DNA from: an uncultured Gammaproteobacteria bacterium
Lineage (GTDB): Bacteria > Pseudomonadota > Gammaproteobacteria > Arenicellales > JAANXG01
Direction: 5' to 3'
Assembly: GCA_947258785.1 (NCBI GenBank)
Contig: CAMYJT010000005.1
Location: forward strand, 26,993 to 90,992
Length of the DNA stretch: 64,000 bases
In this document: in pieces, positions 58,946 through 64,000 of the stretch
Layout of the letters: each line of letters opens with the position of its first letter
Position numbering within the stretch: the first letter of the stretch is position 1
Made by a program: the position numbers and the translations under genes
Notes under the pieces: model-generated
What the model saw: only the letters and a program-made list of their open reading frames with translations
Told to the model about the DNA's origin: nothing
Database searches by the model: none

Positions 58946-59847
58946 CCGGTCTCCAGGATCCGCATCACAAGTTCTCCGAAGTCCAGGCCATGAATCCGGG
59001 CGGCCATCGGTACCAGACTGTGATCGGTCATGCCGGGAACCGTGTTCACCTCCAGGAGATAGGGTTCTTCATGTCGATCCAGCATCAAGTCGACCCGCCC
59101 CCAACCCGAGCAGTCGAGCAACCGGAATGCACCCAGGGCCTGATCCTGCAACGCCAACTCCAGCTCCTTGTCCAGGCCGCAGGGGCAGTGATAGACAGTT
59201 GCATCGCTCTCGTATTTCGCGGCATAGTCGTAGAACGCGCGCGGCGTCTCCAGCTTGATGATGGGTAGCGCTTCCTCACCCAACACCCCGATAGTCAGCT
59301 CCGGTCCGTCGACGAAACATTCGGCCAACACCGTGTCGTCGTACTGGCGGGCGGTGTTCCAGGCTGACTGCAAGTCGTTCAAGTTCTCGACCTTGGTCAC
59401 CCCGATACTCGATCCCTCTTGCGACGGCTTTACAAACATCGGGAACCCGAGTTCGTCGGCGGCCTCCCTCAGCGAGTCGTCATTAGATAGGATCCGATAA
59501 TCCGGAGTCGGCACACCGGCTCCCCGCCACAACGTCTTAGTGCGATGCTTGTCCATCGCCAACGCCGATCCCAACACACCGCTGCCGGTATAGGGTATCC
59601 CCGCGACTTCCAAGGCACCTTGAATCACCCCATCTTCTCCCCATCGTCCGTGCAGCGCGATAAAGGCACACCCGACATCGAGGGTCGCCAGCTGTTGCAT
59701 GACCGTTCGATTCGCGTCTACTGACACTGCATCGACCTTTCGATCGCGCAGGGCAGACATAATCCGGTTGCCACTTCTTAACGACACCTGACGTTCAGCC
59801 GACAAGCCACCCATCAACACTGCCACCGTTTTGCCATCACTGCTCAA
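58942..59847 (-). CDS. ddl: D-alanine--D-alanine ligase
   Basis: The 301-aa ATP-grasp ORF contains ALHGRWGEDG and EVNTVPGMT. Confidence 0.94.
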   Translation of the reverse strand: MSSDGKTVAVLMGGLSAERQVSLRSGNRIMSALRDRKVDAVSVDANRTVMQQLATLDVGCAFIALHGRWGEDGVIQGALEVAGIPYTGSGVLGSALAMDKHRTKTLWRGAGVPTPDYRILSNDDSLREAADELGFPMFVKPSQEGSSIGVTKVENLNDLQSAWNTARQYDDTVLAECFVDGPELTIGVLGEEALPIIKLETPRAFYDYAAKYESDATVYHCPCGLDKELELALQDQALGAFRLLDCSGWGRVDLMLDRHEEPYLLEVNTVPGMTDHSLVPMAARIHGLDFGELVMRILETG

Positions 59848-60770
59848 GAGGAATCACCGATAATTCGCACCTCGGGCTCCAGCCGGATGCCGTGATGAAT
59901 TTCCACCTCACGCTGAATCCGTCTGATCAGCGTCTCAATTTGCGCGGCCGTAGCGCCGCCGCGGTTAACAATGAAATTTGCGTGACGCTCCGAAACGCAC
60001 GCATCACCTTCATTGGCCCCTTTCAGTCCACAGGTTTCGATTAGCCGGGCCGCATAGCCGCCGGGCGGATTTCGGAATACGGAACCGGCATTGGGCGTCT
60101 GAATCGGTTGGGTCTGGGCGCGGCGGGCGAGCAACTGCTTTATCCGTGTCCAACCCGACTGCACATCGCCCCGGGTCAACTGAAACTCCGCAGCGATAAA
60201 CCATTCTTCGCTCACGGGAGATACAACCTTACGGTAACCAACCTGGAACTCATCGGGCAGGCGCCGCCGAATATGGCCGCTTCTATCGATGGTCTCGACG
60301 GACGCCACCACGTCCCAGGTCTCCGAACCAAACGCACCGGCATTCATCGCCAAGGCACCGCCCAGGGTGCCGGGAATGCCGGCGAGAAATTCAACGCCAG
60401 CCAGTCCTCCGCGCACTGAAAACCGGGCAATCTTGGCGCCCGGAACACCCGATTCCGCATACAGCAGCTCGGCGCCGACGCGGCGGATATCGGCCAGACC
60501 GCGATGCGTACCGATCACTACTCCTCGTATGCCCCCGTCGCGAACCAGCAGATTGCTGCCCAGACCGATCCAGATCACTGGAGTCTCGGGAACCAGGTTG
60601 AAGAGAAACTCAGCCAGATCCGACCGGTCTCGTGGTATAAAGAATTGATCGGCCGGCCCCCCAACACGCCAACTGGTATGTTTGGACAACGGCTCGTTAT
60701 ATCGCAGTTCGCCTCTCTGCATGATGGCTGCCCACATTGGTACTTCCGTGGATGTCGTGATCATCGGCAC
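59844..60770 (-). CDS. murB: UDP-N-acetylenolpyruvoylglucosamine reductase
   Basis: It contains [21 protein letters not shown] and a [13 protein letters not shown] motif. The start is ambiguous between 60770 and 60722. Confidence 0.92.
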   Translation of the reverse strand: MPMITTSTEVPMWAAIMQRGELRYNEPLSKHTSWRVGGPADQFFIPRDRSDLAEFLFNLVPETPVIWIGLGSNLLVRDGGIRGVVIGTHRGLADIRRVGAELLYAESGVPGAKIARFSVRGGLAGVEFLAGIPGTLGGALAMNAGAFGSETWDVVASVETIDRSGHIRRRLPDEFQVGYRKVVSPVSEEWFIAAEFQLTRGDVQSGWTRIKQLLARRAQTQPIQTPNAGSVFRNPPGGYAARLIETCGLKGANEGDACVSERHANFIVNRGGATAAQIETLIRRIQREVEIHHGIRLEPEVRIIGDSS

Positions 60771-62164
60771 TGTTGATTGACGCCTGTTTGTGCGAGACCC
60801 TGCGATGCCTGACCGATATCGCCAGCACCCAGCGTCACAATGACATCGCCGTCACGAACGATAGACGCCAACACACCCGGCAACTCAGACAACGCCTGGA
60901 CAAAAACCGGGTTAGTCCGACCGCGAGCTCGAATACTCCGACACAGCGCACGGCCATCGGCGCCGCTGATGGGAACCTCCCCGGCGGGGTATACTTCGGT
61001 AACAATCAGCGGGTCGTATTCGGCCAGAATCTTTGTAAAATCATCCAGCAGGTCTCGTGTACGCGTGTAGCGATGCGGTTGAAACACCACCACCAATCGA
61101 TGGCCCGGCCAGCTTCCAGACACCGCTTCCAGGGTCACCTGGATTTCCCGGGGGTGGTGCGCATAGTCATCCACGAGCTTCGCGGTTCCACCGCCAACCG
61201 CGATCTCCCCGTGCAGATGGAACCGCCGCCCGATACCCTGAAAGCTGCCCAACCCCGACTGGATCGCTGTACCGGGGATACCCAGCTGCTCACCAATTGC
61301 TACGGCGGCGAGGGCGTTGAGGACGTTGTGCCGCCCAGGTAAAGCAAGCTCGATGGGGAGGACTTCCGGAGACCGGGTGCCGGTTACGTCAAAGCGCATA
61401 TTCGGGCCCCGTTGTCGAATATTGATGGCACGAAAATCCGCATCGGTGTCCGTGCCATAAGTAACGATAGGCTTGCGTATGTGTGGGATGGTTTTCCTCA
61501 CGATGGGATCGTCCACACACAGTACCGCCAGACCATAAAACGGAAGATTCTGCAGAAAATCAATGAATGCCCGTTGCAATAATTCGAAATCTCCGTCATA
61601 GGTCGCCATGTGGTCCGCATCAATATTTGTCACAACGGCGATCAATGGTTGCAGGTGCAAGAACGATGCGTCACTCTCATCGGCCTCGGCAACCAGATAC
61701 TCACCGCTCCCGAGCCGCGCATTGGACCCTGCGCTGTTGACTCGGCCGCCGACCACAAAAGTCGGGTCCAGACCGCCCCCGCCCAGAACACTGGCCACGA
61801 GGCTCGTGGTGGTGGTTTTACCGTGAGTTCCTGCCACCGCAATACCTTTGCGAAAGCGCATCAACTCGGCGAGCATTTCCGCCCGAGGGATGACCGGCAC
61901 TTTGGCTTGGGCTGCCGCAACAACTTCAGGGTTGTCGGCGTCCACAGCGGTGGAGGCCACGACTACGTCGCAGTCCTTGACCAGGGAGGCATCGTGACCG
62001 ATGTGCACCGCTGCACCGCATTCCTGCAGCCTTCTGGTCCCGGCGCTTTCGATCAGATCCGACCCGGACACCTGATAACCGAGATTCAACAACACCTCTG
62101 CGATACCGCTCATACCGCTCCCGCCGATTCCGACAAAATGAATTCGCTGCACATGGTCACGCAC
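60761..62164 (-). CDS. murC: UDP-N-acetylmuramate--L-alanine ligase
   Basis: The 467-aa ORF contains [15 protein letters not shown] and GTHGKTTTT. Confidence 0.95.
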   Translation of the reverse strand: MRDHVQRIHFVGIGGSGMSGIAEVLLNLGYQVSGSDLIESAGTRRLQECGAAVHIGHDASLVKDCDVVVASTAVDADNPEVVAAAQAKVPVIPRAEMLAELMRFRKGIAVAGTHGKTTTTSLVASVLGGGGLDPTFVVGGRVNSAGSNARLGSGEYLVAEADESDASFLHLQPLIAVVTNIDADHMATYDGDFELLQRAFIDFLQNLPFYGLAVLCVDDPIVRKTIPHIRKPIVTYGTDTDADFRAINIRQRGPNMRFDVTGTRSPEVLPIELALPGRHNVLNALAAVAIGEQLGIPGTAIQSGLGSFQGIGRRFHLHGEIAVGGGTAKLVDDYAHHPREIQVTLEAVSGSWPGHRLVVVFQPHRYTRTRDLLDDFTKILAEYDPLIVTEVYPAGEVPISGADGRALCRSIRARGRTNPVFVQALSELPGVLASIVRDGDVIVTLGAGDIGQASQGLAQTGVNQQCR

Positions 62165-63227
62165 ACATGACCTCCATGCAGATATCGGCCACTCGCACCG
62201 CCGCGTCAGGCCTGGCGAGCTCGCGTGCGCGTCGGGCCAGTTCCAGGACGAGGCCGCGATCGCGGGCCAGTTTGGCGATCACGCCGCGCAACCGATGAGC
62301 CGTCAGGTCCCGTTGCGAAATAAGCATCGCTGCGCCGTGATTTACCAGGTGGCGGGCATTCGCAGTCTGGTGGTCGCTCACTGCGTGGGGGAACGGCACG
62401 AATATCGTTGCCACTCCTGCGGCGCTCACTTCCGCCACCGTCATGGCGCCAGCCCGGCAGACCACTACATCGGCCCACCGGTAGGCTTCGCCCATTGAAT
62501 CGATAAATTCGTCGACACGAACGGACAGACCGGCGTGTCGGTACGCACTCGACACCGGCCCGGCTCGCCCACGCCCGCTCTGGTGCCAGACGTCGGGTTC
62601 AGGTGTAATCCCGGCCACCGAGTCCGGCATCAGTTCGTTGAAGATCTGTGCGCCTTGACTGCCGCCGATTACCAGCAGCCGTAGACGCCGACCGCGGCCG
62701 GCCAGGCGTGCTTCGGGCTCGGGTAACCGGGCAATATCATCGCGTACCGGGTTACCGACATGTTCGGCACTGATGCGTGGGACGAAGGTATCCGGAAATC
62801 CCGTCAGGACCCGGCACGCGAAGCGTGCCAGTACGCGATTGGTAAATCCCGCAACGGCATTGGCCTCGTGTATCATAAGTGGCCGGCGCAGCAACCACGC
62901 CACCAATCCCCCGGGACCGGCAACGAAACCACCCATGCCCAGCAACGCGGTGGGTCGTCGGCGCAGGACTACTCCCACGGTCTGAATAACGGCAACCAGT
63001 ACGAAGAAAGGGGTTCGAATCACTCCCCACCATCCCTTGCCGCGCAGCCCGTAGATCGTAATCCACTCCATGTCGAAACCCGCCGCGGGTACCGCGTCGG
63101 CCTCCAGGCCGTACTTGGTCCCGAGCCAGACAACATCAACACCCCGATGGCGCAGGTTTTCGGCCACCGTGAGTGCTGGAAACACGTGTCCTCCCGTACC
63201 ACCGGCCATAATGAGCAATGTGCTCAT
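62157..63227 (-). CDS. murG: undecaprenyldiphospho-muramoylpentapeptide beta-N-acetylglucosaminyltransferase
   Basis: It begins [19 protein letters not shown]. The start at 63227 overlaps the ftsW stop as ATGA. The track ORF starts 22 codons earlier. Confidence 0.93.
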   Translation of the reverse strand: MSTLLIMAGGTGGHVFPALTVAENLRHRGVDVVWLGTKYGLEADAVPAAGFDMEWITIYGLRGKGWWGVIRTPFFVLVAVIQTVGVVLRRRPTALLGMGGFVAGPGGLVAWLLRRPLMIHEANAVAGFTNRVLARFACRVLTGFPDTFVPRISAEHVGNPVRDDIARLPEPEARLAGRGRRLRLLVIGGSQGAQIFNELMPDSVAGITPEPDVWHQSGRGRAGPVSSAYRHAGLSVRVDEFIDSMGEAYRWADVVVCRAGAMTVAEVSAAGVATIFVPFPHAVSDHQTANARHLVNHGAAMLISQRDLTAHRLRGVIAKLARDRGLVLELARRARELARPDAAVRVADICMEVMCA

Positions 63228-64000
63228 CGCTGCGTCCCCGGTACAGGTTGGACCTCTCGATCCACCGACAGCAGCAATCCTAATGCTACACAACTTGCGA
63301 CCGTACTCGAGCCCCCGTAACTGAGCAATGGCAACGTCAATCCCTTGGTGGGCAGAACCCCCATATTGACACCCATGTTAATCATGGCCTGCACCACGAT
63401 GAGTAGTCCGATGCCCTGGGCCAGCCGCGCGGCATAGATCTTACCGACCAGTTCGGCCTGACGTGCAATCGCGAATGCCCGCCAAAGTAAAATTCCAAAC
63501 ATCACAATCACCGATAGCACTCCAATCAAACCAAGCTCTTCGGCGATTACCGCCAGTACAAAATCCGTACTTGCGTGCGGAAGATAGTAGAGTTTCTGTA
63601 TGCTGCCACCGAGACCAACTCCATGCCATTCGCCGCGACCAAACGCGATCAGCGCCTGTACCAATTGAAACCCGCTGTCGTATGGATCTACCCACGGATC
63701 CAGAAAACTCATCACCCGCTGCATGCGGTAAGGCGAAACAATAGTCAACGCGATCATGGCGATGACCGCCACGACGACACACAACATGAAATGCCAGAAC
63801 CGGATACCGCCGAGAAACAACATCAGTCCAACAGTTGCGGTAATCACCACGACGCTCCCAAAATCGGGTTCCATGAGCAGCAGCACCGCAACCACCGACA
63901 ACACCATTCCGATCATCAATACTCCATGGGTAAAATCACCCAACTCCTCTCGTTTCCGGGTGAGGTAGCCGGCGGCGTAAATCACCATGAAGACCTTCGC
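63224..64000 (-). CDS. ftsW: peptidoglycan glycosyltransferase FtsW (SEDS family), N-terminus outside window
   Basis: The polytopic C-terminal part contains LPTKGLTLPLLSYGGSS. The ORF is open to the window end. Confidence 0.9.
   Translation of the reverse strand, partial: AKVFMVIYAAGYLTRKREELGDFTHGVLMIGMVLSVVAVLLLMEPDFGSVVVITATVGLMLFLGGIRFWHFMLCVVVAVIAMIALTIVSPYRMQRVMSFLDPWVDPYDSGFQLVQALIAFGRGEWHGVGLGGSIQKLYYLPHASTDFVLAVIAEELGLIGVLSVIVMFGILLWRAFAIARQAELVGKIYAARLAQGIGLLIVVQAMINMGVNMGVLPTKGLTLPLLSYGGSSTVASCVALGLLLSVDREVQPVPGTQR

Overview
This is a high-GC gammaproteobacterial chromosome segment with Pseudomonas-like synteny. No rRNA, tRNA or CRISPR array was recognised.

**1-23 kb, housekeeping.** It holds mnmA (partial), purB, rluF, pyrD, tas and hspQ. 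It also holds an aa3-type cytochrome c oxidase structural and biogenesis cluster (coxB-coxA-43-aa ORF-ctaG-coxC, a DUF2909 gene, surf1-SCO-like-ctaB) and bioBFHCD.

**23-47.6 kb, type IV pilus locus.** The order is comF-pilS-pilR-pilA ... pilB-pilC-pilD-coaE. It is split between pilA and pilB by a ~15.4 kb glycan-assembly island (27580-42912).

**47.8-64 kb, housekeeping.** It holds a Nudix/ThiE-like fusion, argJ, secA, an M23 peptidase, a DciA-like gene, lpxC and the distal dcw cluster (ftsZ, ftsA, ftsQ, ddl, murB, murC, murG, ftsW partial).

**Main hunt result: the island.**
- It starts with a pilA-adjacent GT-C/TPR membrane glycosyltransferase plus a GtrB-like polyprenyl-phosphate sugar synthase.
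- It also has a Stealth hexose-1-phosphate transferase and a Wzm/Wzt ABC exporter whose Wzt carries a C-terminal glycan-binding-type extension.
- A 1003-aa sulfotransferase-GT2-GT4 fusion recalls terminator-polymerase proteins such as WbbB.
- A methyltransferase and TagD/TagF complete the enzyme set.
- Two convergent operons are each led by a paralogous wHTH gene with a near-leaderless promoter.
- I interpret this, as inference only, as a possibly self-contained pilus-dedicated anionic polysaccharide glycosylation pathway.

**Second result: a MITE-like family.** Three copies of ~243-272 bp carry 19-bp terminal inverted repeats and YTAR-type 4-bp flanks. Two copies are inserted exactly at stop codons, and one supplies the last codons of coaE.

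All calls rest on reading the translated ORFs and the DNA by eye. No database search was possible.
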